This document shows positions 9,232 to 19,712 of a stretch of 64,000 bases of DNA, piece after piece. The notes under the pieces are model-generated. The model was not told where the DNA came from. It saw only the letters and a program-made list of their open reading frames with translations, and ran no database searches. Source of the DNA: Nitrospirota bacterium (GTDB lineage Bacteria; Nitrospirota; Nitrospiria; 2-01-FULL-66-17); NCBI GenBank assembly GCA_049325335.1, contig JBMOMC010000002.1, forward strand, positions 288,001 to 352,000, written 5' to 3'. Made by a program: the position numbers and the translations under genes. Numbering within the stretch: the stretch's first letter is position 1; each line of letters begins with the position of its first letter.

Positions 9232-10275
9232 ATGATGGTCGACAAAACTCGCATAGGGATCCTTGGTGCTGGATCTGTAGTCGAACTGTACCATTTACCA
9301 GTCTTGCGAACGATGGCGGATGTCTCCGTCGAATGGGTCTGCGACAAGGTCGGTGCCCGTGCGAGTGATCTTGCGAAGCTTCATGGGGTGAACCGATGGT
9401 TCCAGGATCTGGATGACTGCTCTGATGTCGATATTGTCCTGGTGGCTATACCTGTTGGATATCGTAAGCCGGCTGTCGAGTATATCGTGAAACGAGGTTG
9501 GAATCTTTTTTGCGAAAAACCGTTCGCGGTGTCGACAGTCGAGCACGAGTCGATGCTCTCATTAGCTAAGTCGAATGGCCTGCAAATTGGCGTTGGATTT
9601 ATGCGCCGATTCTATCGGTCAACATTACTGGCAAAGGCGATTGTTGCAAAGGCACCTTTTGGTCCAATTCAAAGCGTGTGGGCGAGTGAGGGGGCTCGAA
9701 TGAGAGGTACCGGGCGCCAGGGAGAGTGGTACCAATCCGACGCGCGCGCTGTTGGGGGAGGGGTGCTGATGGAGACGGGTTCCCACCTTGTCGATCAGGT
9801 AGCGAGTATCATGGAAATTCTGGAGTGTTCGATTGAGGGATGCTTCCAAGTAAGATCGGGTGATCTGGATTTTGAAAGCAGAGTAGTTTCCTGCATAACC
9901 ACTCCAGGAGGTGGAAGGGTTCGATTCGGTTTGGCGATTAGTAAGATGTCCGACCTGTTCAACGGGATCGAGTTACATTATCCATCCGTGATCATGCGAT
10001 TGAGAGGGACTCCAGATGGTACTGTAGAACTGTGCGATGTCGAAGGAAGGAATTTGGCTTGTCTGGGTGGGGGCAAACTTGACGGATCTGTGTATCGGGC
10101 TTTCTACGATGAATGGAGGGAGTTCATTATGCAGTGCCGAAGTAGGCACCCCTCGATAGTTGATGCTGAGACCGCTCGATTTGGCACCACATTTATTGAA
10201 TTAGCCTACAAGTTTCGGCGGGCCAGTCAGAAGACCTCGATTCCATCGGATGCCAGTCTGATGGGGAATGGCTAA
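9232..10275 (+). CDS. Gfo/Idh/MocA-family oxidoreductase
   Basis: GILGAG, FCEKP, GFMRRF, GGGVLMETGSH. Confidence 0.85.
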   Translation: MMVDKTRIGILGAGSVVELYHLPVLRTMADVSVEWVCDKVGARASDLAKLHGVNRWFQDLDDCSDVDIVLVAIPVGYRKPAVEYIVKRGWNLFCEKPFAVSTVEHESMLSLAKSNGLQIGVGFMRRFYRSTLLAKAIVAKAPFGPIQSVWASEGARMRGTGRQGEWYQSDARAVGGGVLMETGSHLVDQVASIMEILECSIEGCFQVRSGDLDFESRVVSCITTPGGGRVRFGLAISKMSDLFNGIELHYPSVIMRLRGTPDGTVELCDVEGRNLACLGGGKLDGSVYRAFYDEWREFIMQCRSRHPSIVDAETARFGTTFIELAYKFRRASQKTSIPSDASLMGNG

Positions 10276-11450
10276 TGGGCAGAGTTCGCGTCGCAATACT
10301 TGGATCGGGCGGTCAGGTCGGTTCGTTCCTAGTTAGACGGCTATCTGAGCTTCAGGGGCTTGATGTTGTTCCTGTATGCAGGAATGACGTCAGCGCAGGA
10401 TTTATCGACGCCATGGGCTATCGAGCCCGTGTTGGCTCAGTTGAGGAGATCGGATTCGCACGCCGGCTAATCGGCGATTGCGAGATTGTCATCAACTGTG
10501 CGATTGCTGTTGGACTTCCCAGGGAATCAAGACAGTTAAACGAAGGAATCATCGATAGCATTGCGCAGTTGCCGAATGTCAGGCGTGTTGTTCACTTCAG
10601 TAGTGTTGCCGTATATGGAAGTTGTATTGATTTGTCGCGCAGCACATTCGAAGCTCCAAAGGCTGATACAGATTATGGGAAGGAGAAGCTCCACATAGAA
10701 AAACGGGCGGCCAGAGCCTTCTCCCGTCGTGGATTGGACTATTATTTGCTCCGCCTTGGACACGTCTATGGGGCTAGTCAGGCGATGTCCAATGCCATCG
10801 TAACGATGTTGGCGACTCAAGGATTTTCGCTGCCATTTGGTGGAGATTTGCTGTCTAACGCAGTCCATATTGAGCGGTTAGGAGAGGCCGTTGTCGAGAT
10901 GTTGGAGGGTAGGCAGCCATCGGGTATTTATAATCTGTCCGACATGCCTCATCAGACATGGCGGAATATATTTGATTGGCATTCGAGTGCTCTCGGTTTG
11001 CCGGTCGTGGGATCGATGGCGAGTCTGGAGTCCTTTGACAGACGAAGGAATATGCTACGGACGATCAGCCGACCAGTGGGTCTACGATTGGTAGCGGAGA
11101 GTGCTCAGTGGCTACGATCTCTTCCACCCTCATATGTGCTGGCATGCCCTGCACTCAGAGATATTGGTTATATGCTTCTTAAGCATCTTCCTGCTTCCAT
11201 TGGAAGGAGGATTAAGTCCGGATATGTCGGATGGTCAGCCAGGCGTGCCGTTGTGGACCGAAGAGCGTCTGTTGAAGCGGATCCCTGGTTTTTCTCTGAT
11301 CCGATGCCTGGACCATATTTCCCGTACGTTGGAGATGCCGAGCGCGACTCCTCGATGTCCAAGTCAATGAATGTCTCACTGCTAAGGTGGCATGGAAACT
11401 TGGCGTCGCCCTGTTGGGATGCCGATAGGTATATTCGATCGTCGTCATGA
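10275..11450 (+). CDS. NAD-dependent epimerase/dehydratase
   Basis: ILGSGGQVG, HFSSVAVYG, YGKEK, LRLGHVYG. Confidence 0.8.
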   Translation: MGRVRVAILGSGGQVGSFLVRRLSELQGLDVVPVCRNDVSAGFIDAMGYRARVGSVEEIGFARRLIGDCEIVINCAIAVGLPRESRQLNEGIIDSIAQLPNVRRVVHFSSVAVYGSCIDLSRSTFEAPKADTDYGKEKLHIEKRAARAFSRRGLDYYLLRLGHVYGASQAMSNAIVTMLATQGFSLPFGGDLLSNAVHIERLGEAVVEMLEGRQPSGIYNLSDMPHQTWRNIFDWHSSALGLPVVGSMASLESFDRRRNMLRTISRPVGLRLVAESAQWLRSLPPSYVLACPALRDIGYMLLKHLPASIGRRIKSGYVGWSARRAVVDRRASVEADPWFFSDPMPGPYFPYVGDAERDSSMSKSMNVSLLRWHGNLASPCWDADRYIRSSS

Positions 11451-11505
11451 ATTCCCTCGGCGATTAGAAAGGCATAGATGTCAGTCCACACGGTGTGGAG
11501 ATAGC

Positions 11506-12234
11506 ATGGATCGGTTGACATTGTTTAGGAAGATCTCGGAAAGAAATAGGAACTGGTTTCCTTCCTATAGGCCTGCCCACGAGATTTACATCGACCAACT
11601 ACAGAGACTTTCTAAGCCTGGGTGTGTCGTTCTTCATTTGGGGGCTGGGCATGATTCCCTTGATATTGAGAAACGGATGATTAACGCCCGTGTTGTGAGT
11701 ATGGATATTGATTGGGAAAGCCTGTCACAAAACAAAAACTCGATGCGTGTTTTGGCAGATGGTAATTCGCTGCCTTTTAAAGGTCAATCGTTTGATCTGG
11801 TAATGGCGGAAAACGTCTTTGAGCATCTAGAGGACCCCGTTTCTATCTTACGGGAGTGTTATCGTTGTTTGGTTCCTAGTGGGGCGATGATATTTCTGTG
11901 CCCGAATCGATATAGCTATATTGCATTGGTGGCCAGGATGACTCCTCATAAGTTCCATCAGTTCTTTAGGCGTGTAACGACCGGCGTGGCGGAAGGGGAT
12001 ACATTCCCGACGTACTATCGCTGCAATAGCCCAGGAACCATTCGCCGAATAGCAGAACAGGTCGGATTTGGGGTGGAAACGATCAAGACATTTGTGGGGT
12101 GGCCAACGTATTGGGAGTTTTCGAATGTCCTCCATAAGTGTTTTGTCGCCGTTCATAAGCTTATCGAGAGGCTTCCGTCGTCGGTTCATATATCCTTGGT
12201 TGGGGTCATTCGAAAGCCGCGAGCCGGATGCTGA
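11506..12234 (+). CDS. Class I SAM-dependent methyltransferase
   Basis: GGAG SD before the ATG; VLHLGAG, ADGNSLPFKGQSFDLV, VFEHLEDP, DTFPTYYRCN. Confidence 0.85.
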   Translation: MDRLTLFRKISERNRNWFPSYRPAHEIYIDQLQRLSKPGCVVLHLGAGHDSLDIEKRMINARVVSMDIDWESLSQNKNSMRVLADGNSLPFKGQSFDLVMAENVFEHLEDPVSILRECYRCLVPSGAMIFLCPNRYSYIALVARMTPHKFHQFFRRVTTGVAEGDTFPTYYRCNSPGTIRRIAEQVGFGVETIKTFVGWPTYWEFSNVLHKCFVAVHKLIERLPSSVHISLVGVIRKPRAGC

Positions 12235-12433
12235 GGAATGGCAGGACGCCAGATTGCCTTACTCTGTATGCAGGTGAATGTAGTTAGGTCGACAGTCCAT
12301 ACTCCGGTCAGATTGACCATCTGGCCGATGTTGGTGCCTGTGGCGCATTGTCAACCTGGCCGTCGGATGCGTTCCCACGGAGAGAAGCCGTGGAATAAGC
12401 CTATTGAAGGGATCGAGACCTCGATATTGGTAG

Positions 12434-12467
12434 ATCGATAGATAGATCGATCGATCTATCGATCGAT
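12434..12467. repeat. GATC/ATCGAT-rich palindrome
   Basis: Perfect 20-bp palindrome GATAGATCGATCGATCTATC at 12441-12460, extending to 34 bp with one mismatch. Confidence 0.85.
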
Positions 12468-12589
12468 GGGGCGAGAGATGTTCCCGGTGTCCCAGAAGGG
12501 ACTTCGCACCGATAGTCAGGTGTCGAGTCGGCGACGCAGCACGTATCTTGATTGGAAGTGGTGGCTAGGCGAAATGAGGGCAGAAGACC

Positions 12590-14095
12590 TTGACTCGCTC
12601 TGAACGGTGCGAGTCAAGTAGTTGGCTGTCAGGCGGGGATTGCTTGGGACAAACTCGTGTTATTGCCTATAGCGGCAGAAAGCACCTTAGGTTGCTTCTG
12701 CCATTGCTGAACATTACGGGTTTGTTCCTCTTATACTATACATCGGTGGTGGGGTCTCAGGCCGGTTGTCTTGTTGTATATGGGGTTGCTCAAGTGACTC
12801 TCTATGCGTCGCACTTTCTTTATTTGAGATGTTATCGCCAAGCAGACATTCTAGATGCTCTAAACATTTTGAATCTCGGGTTGTTCTTGCATTTCACTGT
12901 AGCGCCATTCCTGCTTTATTTTCAGGTCATGCCGGCTTTTTATGAATCATTGTGGGATTGGGAAGCTTTCCCTTCAGCTTTGGTGTTAATCCATGCATTT
13001 TGTGTGATGGTTCAGGTCGGATATTATCTCGATATCAGGAGTCGTACAAGGAAGAAGGAACCTGTATTCACTGGCAGTCCATCAGAATGGAAGCTTATAG
13101 GTCTTTTGCTGGCGGTGGTGATGATTATGAGTTTCAAGGGCCTATTACCAATGGAGGTGGCAACGAGTGGTATTTACATCGGCTTAAGCTCCATGGTGTT
13201 TGCTCTGCCATATTTTCTTCTTACTATGTTGCCTCAACGCGCGAGTGGTGTAGCCAAGTGCGCTGTATTCGGGGGTATTGTGTGGTCTCTCTGGATATCC
13301 TTGTTCAGTGGGATAGGGTCTAAGGCCGGGGTGGCAAATGTTGTTCTTGCTTTTGTGGTGTATCGGAACTATATGGTTCGCCGGTTACGGTTGTTTCCTC
13401 TTGTGGTTGGAGCTGCTTCGACCATAATGGTTGTGACCTATATGAATTATTCGCGAGCGGTGGGGTATTTGTCGAATATAGCGTGGTCTGCGGCCAACCC
13501 ATTCTCCGGAGAAAATATTGCGACTTTCTGGGCCGCAGGTGTCTCATCGATGCTGACTCCGTTCGAAGCTTTTATGGTTGTACTCGATACGTTTCCGCGA
13601 ACACTCCCCTATCAATATGGCCAACGGTTTCTTGAGGAAATGGTTTATCCCCTATTCCCGAGAATCATGTTTCCGTGGAAACCTGAGATATACGGGAGCG
13701 GATTCTTTTGGGAATATCATACAGGCTTCTTGAGCCTTGAGACTAAAATCTATGAGTCGGTTTCGCTTCCTGGGTACTTCTATCTCGATTTTTCAATTCC
13801 GGGAATTATAGTCGGAGGGTTGCTTGTTGGGGTAATTCATCGATATGTGTATCAACGGTTGATTTCTGATGGTGCTACGAGAGGGTCAGTTTGCTTGTAC
13901 GGGATCATTAGTGGGTTCTCTCTCATCGCGGCACGCGCATTTTTCTGGACCTCATATCCGATCATCGTTAGCGTGATGATACCAATGATTCTAATCTATT
14001 TAGTGCAGCGACGGCATGGTAATACACTGCGGTTCCCCTGGCCACAGAGGTATGGGGCACGTGGGGTTGTCGAAGTTAAGTATCCGGTGGTGTAA
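12590..14095 (+). CDS. Wzy-like O-antigen/polysaccharide polymerase (start uncertain)
   Basis: Polytopic membrane protein with a large loop YQYGQRF...PRIMFPWKP and SLPGYFYLDFSIPGIIVG; AT-rich; locus context. Confidence 0.7.
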   Translation: MTRSERCESSSWLSGGDCLGQTRVIAYSGRKHLRLLLPLLNITGLFLLYYTSVVGSQAGCLVVYGVAQVTLYASHFLYLRCYRQADILDALNILNLGLFLHFTVAPFLLYFQVMPAFYESLWDWEAFPSALVLIHAFCVMVQVGYYLDIRSRTRKKEPVFTGSPSEWKLIGLLLAVVMIMSFKGLLPMEVATSGIYIGLSSMVFALPYFLLTMLPQRASGVAKCAVFGGIVWSLWISLFSGIGSKAGVANVVLAFVVYRNYMVRRLRLFPLVVGAASTIMVVTYMNYSRAVGYLSNIAWSAANPFSGENIATFWAAGVSSMLTPFEAFMVVLDTFPRTLPYQYGQRFLEEMVYPLFPRIMFPWKPEIYGSGFFWEYHTGFLSLETKIYESVSLPGYFYLDFSIPGIIVGGLLVGVIHRYVYQRLISDGATRGSVCLYGIISGFSLIAARAFFWTSYPIIVSVMIPMILIYLVQRRHGNTLRFPWPQRYGARGVVEVKYPVV

Positions 14096-14280
14096 GGTTA
14101 AGCGGGTCGATTGGTGCCAAATGGAGGCGTGGCCTCATTCCGAACGAGAGGAAGAGGGGGGCCATTAGCATGGCTTCCGATGTGTCGCAAGATATTTAGA
14201 CGGTGTCTTCAGGCCGTTGTGATGTGCGATTTGCCAATGGGCTTCGTTTCAGAACGGACAACTCCAATGGAGGGATTGAA

Positions 14281-15258
14281 ATGGCGAATGTCCTCGTTGT
14301 TGGTGGGGCTGGTTATGTTGGTGGGGCGCTGACAGATCAGTTGACTGAAACGGGCCACGCCCTGCGCGTGTACGATTCGTTGGTGTACGAGGAGTATTAT
14401 CGCAAGCCGGTTGAGTTCGTCTTGGGCGACGTACGCGATTGGGATCGCCTGGGCCCCCACCTTGATTGGGCGGACGTGGTCGTATGGCTGGCGGCGTTGG
14501 TGGGAGACGGCGCGTGTTCGTTGGATAAGGAGTTGACGAAGACGATCAACACCGGTTGCGTTGCGCTGCTTGCGGAGCGGTTCCGAGGGCGGATTCTCTT
14601 TATGTCAACGTGTTCGGTGTACGGTGCGTCGGACGGGTTGCTCGACGAGACCTCCGCGGTGAACCCGTTGTCGATTTATGCTGAGACCAAACTAGCGTCA
14701 GAGAAGATTCTTCTGGGGCGCAACGCCATGATGTTTCGTTTGGGTACGTTGTTCGGCGTCGGCGACACGTATTCTCGAATTCGGATGGACCTGGTCGTGA
14801 ATGTGTTGACCGCCAAAGCGTTCCAATACGGCCGGATCAGCGTGTTCGGCGGGGACCAGTACCGGCCGCTGTTGCACGTGAAGGACGTGGCGACGGCGAT
14901 CGTGCAAAACATCGAGACCGATCACACGGGTATTTATAATCTTCACGCCGTCAATGTACGGATCACGGACCTCGCCGATCAACTCCGTGAGCATTTCCCC
15001 CAACTCGAAATCAGTAGGACCGACGTCAAGTTCCAAGACAATCGGAACTACCGTGTGACGAGCGACAGGGCCGTGTCCGCATTTGGATTTCATCCGACGC
15101 ACACGGTTGAGGACGGTATCCGGGAATTGAAGACGCTGTTCGAGCAGGGACGCATCAGAAAGATCGGGTTGCTGCGCCAGTCCAATCATCGGTTCCTGAA
15201 GGAACTGTTGGAAACCCCGTCATCGCCATTGGGTTTTGAAGTCAGGCCGAGTCTTTAG
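14281..15258 (+). CDS. NAD-dependent epimerase/dehydratase (SDR)
   Basis: GGAGG SD; VVGGAGYVG, LAALVGDGAC, STCSVYG, YAETK. Confidence 0.88.
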   Translation: MANVLVVGGAGYVGGALTDQLTETGHALRVYDSLVYEEYYRKPVEFVLGDVRDWDRLGPHLDWADVVVWLAALVGDGACSLDKELTKTINTGCVALLAERFRGRILFMSTCSVYGASDGLLDETSAVNPLSIYAETKLASEKILLGRNAMMFRLGTLFGVGDTYSRIRMDLVVNVLTAKAFQYGRISVFGGDQYRPLLHVKDVATAIVQNIETDHTGIYNLHAVNVRITDLADQLREHFPQLEISRTDVKFQDNRNYRVTSDRAVSAFGFHPTHTVEDGIRELKTLFEQGRIRKIGLLRQSNHRFLKELLETPSSPLGFEVRPSL

Positions 15259-15289
15259 GCGTATGGCAGAAGACTGGAAAGGAGCGTTG

Positions 15290-15730
15290 ATGGATGAACC
15301 ACGATTGATTGAAGGGGGGCTGGCGGTTGATGACCGAGGAGCGCTTAGTTTCGTCAACGGGTTCGGCTTCCAGGGAGTAAAGCGGTTCTATATGGTTTCG
15401 AATCATCGTCCTGGATTTATCAGAGCGTGGCACGGGCATCGTCACGAGAGTAAATGGGTCATGGCGGTTGACGGGAGCGCCATCGTGGCTGCAGTGCGCG
15501 TTGACGATTGGGACAAACCGTCAAAGGACCTCCCGGTTCAACGGTTCGTGTTGTCGGCGCAGAGGCCGTCGATTCTCCATATTCCGAAGGGTTATGCGAA
15601 TGGTTTTATGAATCTGACCTCGGATGCCAAGCTGCTGTTCTTCTCAGACGCCACGATCGATGAGAGCCGAAACGATGACATTCGCTTTCAAGCACACTAC
15701 TGGGATCCTTGGTCGGTGATCGAACGGTAG
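15290..15730 (+). CDS. RmlC-like cupin sugar epimerase/isomerase
   Basis: DDRGALSF, IRAWHGH, HIPKGYANGF. Confidence 0.82.
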   Translation: MDEPRLIEGGLAVDDRGALSFVNGFGFQGVKRFYMVSNHRPGFIRAWHGHRHESKWVMAVDGSAIVAAVRVDDWDKPSKDLPVQRFVLSAQRPSILHIPKGYANGFMNLTSDAKLLFFSDATIDESRNDDIRFQAHYWDPWSVIER

Positions 15731-15776
15731 GAAGTTAGGAACCGGCAAGTCAAAACTCTAGCTGTGAGGTTTAAGC

Positions 15777-16808
15777 TTGCGTTCAGGGATTATAACGGAT
15801 CTTCGGTGCATATCTTGCGGCCAAGACTTGTATTTGGTCTCTGGAGATCGGAACGAATTCGGCGAAATTCAACAAGGGCTCCTGGGTTGTCGAGGGTGTT
15901 CAATGACATTTCCCATCGAGCACTCGATCCCGCGGTTCGTCCAAGGCGACTCATACGTGGAGTCGTTCGGTTTCCAGTGGCGAAAACATGCGAGGACCCA
16001 GATCGATAAATTCAATGGGTCCACGTTTTCACGAGATCGTTTTTTCGCCACGACGCAATGGTCAACAGACCTCAAAGGGGAGCGCGTGCTTGAGGCCGGA
16101 TCTGGCGCCGGGCGGTTCACGCAGATCGTCTGCGAGACAGGCGCGACGGTTTTTTCCGCCGAGATGTCTGCCGCCGTCGACGCCAACTTTGAGAATAACC
16201 ACGAATTCGAGAACCTGACCTTATTGCAGGCCGATATTTATCGGTTGCCTTTCGCGGAGTCGATGTTCGATAAAGTCTATTGTCTCGGCGTCCTTCAGCA
16301 TACTCCGGATGTCAAGCGGGCATTCATGAGCCTCGCTCGCGTGGTGCGACCTGGCGGAGAGCTGGTCATTGACGTGTATCGGAAGTCGTTGACTGCATTG
16401 TGCCAATGGAAGTATGTGCTGCGTCCCTTCACGAAACGCCAGGATAAGGTCGAGCTGTATGGCCGTGTGGAACGGTTCGTCTCGCTCCTTCTTCCGTTGG
16501 CGATCGGACTCCGATCGATTCTCGGGCCGATTGGAGGGCGTTTGGTCCCGATCTGTAATTACTCCCATCTTGGCCTGTCCGATGAGATGAATCGAGAATG
16601 GTCTGTCCTGGATACGTTTGATATGTATTCACCGGCATATGATTCGCCGCAAAGTTTATCAACCGTCGAACAATGGTTTGCGGAGGCTGGATTCACGAAC
16701 ATTTGTGTGAGGCGAGGGATGAACGGAATTGTCGGACGAGGAATCAAGGGGTACGAACAACCGATAGTCTCAGAGAATCTGAAAGGGGACAACTATGCCA
16801 GAGCTTAG
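15777..16808 (+). CDS. Class I SAM methyltransferase with N-terminal Trm112-like Cys segment
   Basis: CISC...CRGC..FPIEHSIPRF; VLEAGSGAGRF; LGVLQHTPD. Confidence 0.83.
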   Translation: MRSGIITDLRCISCGQDLYLVSGDRNEFGEIQQGLLGCRGCSMTFPIEHSIPRFVQGDSYVESFGFQWRKHARTQIDKFNGSTFSRDRFFATTQWSTDLKGERVLEAGSGAGRFTQIVCETGATVFSAEMSAAVDANFENNHEFENLTLLQADIYRLPFAESMFDKVYCLGVLQHTPDVKRAFMSLARVVRPGGELVIDVYRKSLTALCQWKYVLRPFTKRQDKVELYGRVERFVSLLLPLAIGLRSILGPIGGRLVPICNYSHLGLSDEMNREWSVLDTFDMYSPAYDSPQSLSTVEQWFAEAGFTNICVRRGMNGIVGRGIKGYEQPIVSENLKGDNYARA

Positions 16809-17526
16809 CATACTCATTCCTTGCCTCAACGAGTCCTCGAATCTTCCCTCATTGATTGAGCGTCTACAAAAGACGGTGATCGAGGCTGACCTTGACGTCG
16901 AGACGATTATTCTCGACGATGCGAGCGAGGACGACACCATTGTCGTCGCGAAGGTCATGCAGAGCCAGTATCGCGCGCTCAATATCCGGGTGGTTCATCG
17001 GTTTGAACCGAGGAGGGGATACGGCGCCCTCGTCCGCTATGGGTTGGCCTATGCGACTGGAAGGTACTGCCTGCTCGTTGCCGCCGACGGGGCGCACCCG
17101 ATCGAGATGCTGCCTAGCTATTTGGCTGAGGCCCGAAAAGGGGCTCAACTCGTTCAATGCTCGCGATATGAGAAAGAGGAAGACAGCGAAGGAATTCCTG
17201 GGAAGTTCAAACTCTACCAGTCGGTATATCGTGCGGTGGTGCGCGCCCTGTTGGCCTGGGACATTCGTGACCCTACCTGCTCATTCAAACTGGTGGACCG
17301 GGTCTATTTGATGGCGCTTGGTATCAGATCCAATGGTCTGGCCGCAATTCCTGAGATACCGTTTAAGGTTCATTTGAGCGGAGGGAAGGTCTCGTTCATC
17401 GGTGGAGCGCAGTCGTTCCGACAGAGGGGGATTTCCCAGTTTAAGTTTTTGCGTGAGTCGTCAGGATACGGGTATGTCCTCATCAGGGCGTGGCTGCATC
17501 GGGTCGGGATATTGTCATGGTTTTAG
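16795..17526 (+). CDS. GT2 glycosyltransferase, polyprenol-phosphate glycosyltransferase-like (degenerate DxD)
   Basis: SILIPCLNE, LDDASEDDT, GYGALVRYG; AADGAH in place of the usual DADxxH. Confidence 0.78.
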   Translation: MPELSILIPCLNESSNLPSLIERLQKTVIEADLDVETIILDDASEDDTIVVAKVMQSQYRALNIRVVHRFEPRRGYGALVRYGLAYATGRYCLLVAADGAHPIEMLPSYLAEARKGAQLVQCSRYEKEEDSEGIPGKFKLYQSVYRAVVRALLAWDIRDPTCSFKLVDRVYLMALGIRSNGLAAIPEIPFKVHLSGGKVSFIGGAQSFRQRGISQFKFLRESSGYGYVLIRAWLHRVGILSWF

Positions 17527-17643
17527 ATTTCTTGGCGAATGGCTGATACTCAGCGATTCATGATCTGCGGCGCCGCCAAGATCGGCGGTTTGCCTATCGG
17601 CGCCATGAAAAACGTTCGCTGGCGCTGATGAAAGGGGCCCGCG

Positions 17644-18432
17644 ATGCCTGAACAGACGCTGAGTTTCTGCGTGGTTGTGCCGATGTACAACGAAGAGGCC
17701 AATGCGGAGCGATGCGTGCGGATGGTCAGTGAGGTCTTGGGTGGTCAGGCATACCGAACGGCTCTCATCGTTGTTGATGATGGAAGTCGGGACCAGACGG
17801 GGAAGATTCTTCGTCGGTTGTCTCGTGAGTTCCCTGGTTTGCGACTTGTCATGCACGAACGAAATGCCGGCTATGGTGGGGCGCTTCAGACCGGGGTGAA
17901 GACGGCCATTTCCGAGGGATTCGACTATGTGTTGTTCATGGATAGTGATCTGACGAATGATCCGAAGTGCATTCCGAAATTTGTGGAGAAAATGTTCGTC
18001 GGATACGACGTGATCAAGGGGTCCCGATACGTTGAAGGAGGCGCGATGGTGGGTGTGCCGACTCATCGTGTATGGATCTCGGTGATCGGGAATAAAATTG
18101 CTCGTGCTCTCTATGGCATTCCGATCTCCGACTGTACAAATGGATTTCGGGCGGTGAAAACCGGAATACTTTCTCGGATGTCCCTTCGAGAGTCGGGATT
18201 TGCGGTCATTATGGAGGAACTGTATCACGCGACCTATTTGGCGAAGTCGTTTTGCGAAGTCCCCTATACGCTGACCAGTCGGCAGAGTGGACAAGGGGGA
18301 TCGAGCTTCTCTTATCGGCCGAAAATCTTTTTCCAGTATCTGAAGTATGGCCTGAAGAGTTTTTGGGAACGCTGGAGGCCAAGTCGAAGGCGTCATGTGC
18401 ATCTACAATCCGGTGGCCAACAGGAGGGCTGA
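17644..18432 (+). CDS. GT2 polyprenol-phosphate glycosyltransferase (DPM1-like)
   Basis: VVPMYNEE, VDDGSRDQT, NAGYGGAL, FMDSDL, GSRYVEGG, SDCTNGFR. Confidence 0.88.
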   Translation: MPEQTLSFCVVVPMYNEEANAERCVRMVSEVLGGQAYRTALIVVDDGSRDQTGKILRRLSREFPGLRLVMHERNAGYGGALQTGVKTAISEGFDYVLFMDSDLTNDPKCIPKFVEKMFVGYDVIKGSRYVEGGAMVGVPTHRVWISVIGNKIARALYGIPISDCTNGFRAVKTGILSRMSLRESGFAVIMEELYHATYLAKSFCEVPYTLTSRQSGQGGSSFSYRPKIFFQYLKYGLKSFWERWRPSRRRHVHLQSGGQQEG

Positions 18433-18435
18433 TGT

Positions 18436-19710
18436 ATGGAATTGTCAAAGAAACCCAGAGGAACCTATGTGCATCATACGACCTGTCGGTTCTGCCAGGG
18501 ATCGAATTTGGTCAAGTTCCTCGATTTCGGGGACGTTCCGCTCGCCGGGGCGTTCTTGAAACCAGAGGAGTTTGAGAGTGAAAAGTTCTATCCACTCGAA
18601 ATCCAGTTCTGTCGGGATTGTACGTTGGTCCAGGTAAACAATGCGGTACCGGGCGACGTCCTCTTTAGGAAGAATTATTTCTATTTTTCGTCCGCTATTC
18701 AGACGTTGGTGACCCATTTCGGTGAGTTCGCCAAGGAAATGACCGAGCGGTTCTTGAATCCGGGTCAGTCCTTTGCCGTCGAGTTGGGATGCAACGACGG
18801 GGTGTTGTTGAAGCCGCTTGTGGCGCGGGGCGTGCGATGTCTTGGGGTCGATCCGGCAACCAACGTGGTGCAGTCGATCGGTTCTCCGGATATTCAAGTC
18901 GTCAACGACTATTTTACCGAAAAGGTCGCTACGTCGATCCGCGAACAGCATGGGAAGGCTGATGCCGTGTTATCAAGTTTTTCCTTCGCGCATATCGACG
19001 ACATGGTCGACGTGATGAAGGGCGTCAAGGCCCTGCTCAAGGACGACGGCGTGTTTGTCTTCGAGGTGTACTACTTGGGCATCGTGTTGGAAGAGATGCA
19101 GTACGACATGATTTACCACGAGCACATGAGCTACTACTCGCTCATGGCGCTGGAGAAATTCTTTGCCCGGTTCGGGATGGAGATCTTTGATCTGAAACGC
19201 ATCCCCCTGCGGGCCGGGACGATTCGTTTTTACGCCAGGAACATTGGGCGGCGGACCGAGCCGATCTCTCCTGCGGTTGACGAACTCCGTGTCTACGAGC
19301 GCCGGAACAAGTTCGACGTGGTGTCGACCTACATGGAGTACGGCGACAAGGTCAAGAAGACCCGAACCGATCTGCTCCATCTCCTTGATGAACTGAAACG
19401 CGATGGGAAGCGGATCATTGGCTATGGGGCGTCGGGACGAGCCACGACCATTATGAATTTCTGCGGGATTGATTCGCGGTACCTGGACTTCGTGGTGGAC
19501 GATGCGCCGGCCAAGCACGGGTACTGTACCCCTGGAACGCACGTGCCGATCAAGCCGTGGTCGGCGGTCGAAGGTCCTTCCCAACCTGATTATGCCCTGG
19601 TGTTCGCGTGGAGCTTTATCGATGAGGTCAAGAAGAAGCGGATCGATTATCTGAGAAGCGGGGGGAAATTCATTGTTCCCCTTCCCGATGTGAAGGTGAT
19701 TTCGGAGTAG
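18436..19710 (+). CDS. NDP-sugar C-methyltransferase (Zn-binding class I SAM MT)
   Basis: CRFC...CRDC Zn site, ELGCNDG, YDMIYHEHMSYYS, GYGASG, VFAWSF. Confidence 0.88.
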   Translation: MELSKKPRGTYVHHTTCRFCQGSNLVKFLDFGDVPLAGAFLKPEEFESEKFYPLEIQFCRDCTLVQVNNAVPGDVLFRKNYFYFSSAIQTLVTHFGEFAKEMTERFLNPGQSFAVELGCNDGVLLKPLVARGVRCLGVDPATNVVQSIGSPDIQVVNDYFTEKVATSIREQHGKADAVLSSFSFAHIDDMVDVMKGVKALLKDDGVFVFEVYYLGIVLEEMQYDMIYHEHMSYYSLMALEKFFARFGMEIFDLKRIPLRAGTIRFYARNIGRRTEPISPAVDELRVYERRNKFDVVSTYMEYGDKVKKTRTDLLHLLDELKRDGKRIIGYGASGRATTIMNFCGIDSRYLDFVVDDAPAKHGYCTPGTHVPIKPWSAVEGPSQPDYALVFAWSFIDEVKKKRIDYLRSGGKFIVPLPDVKVISE

Positions 19711-19712
19711 AC

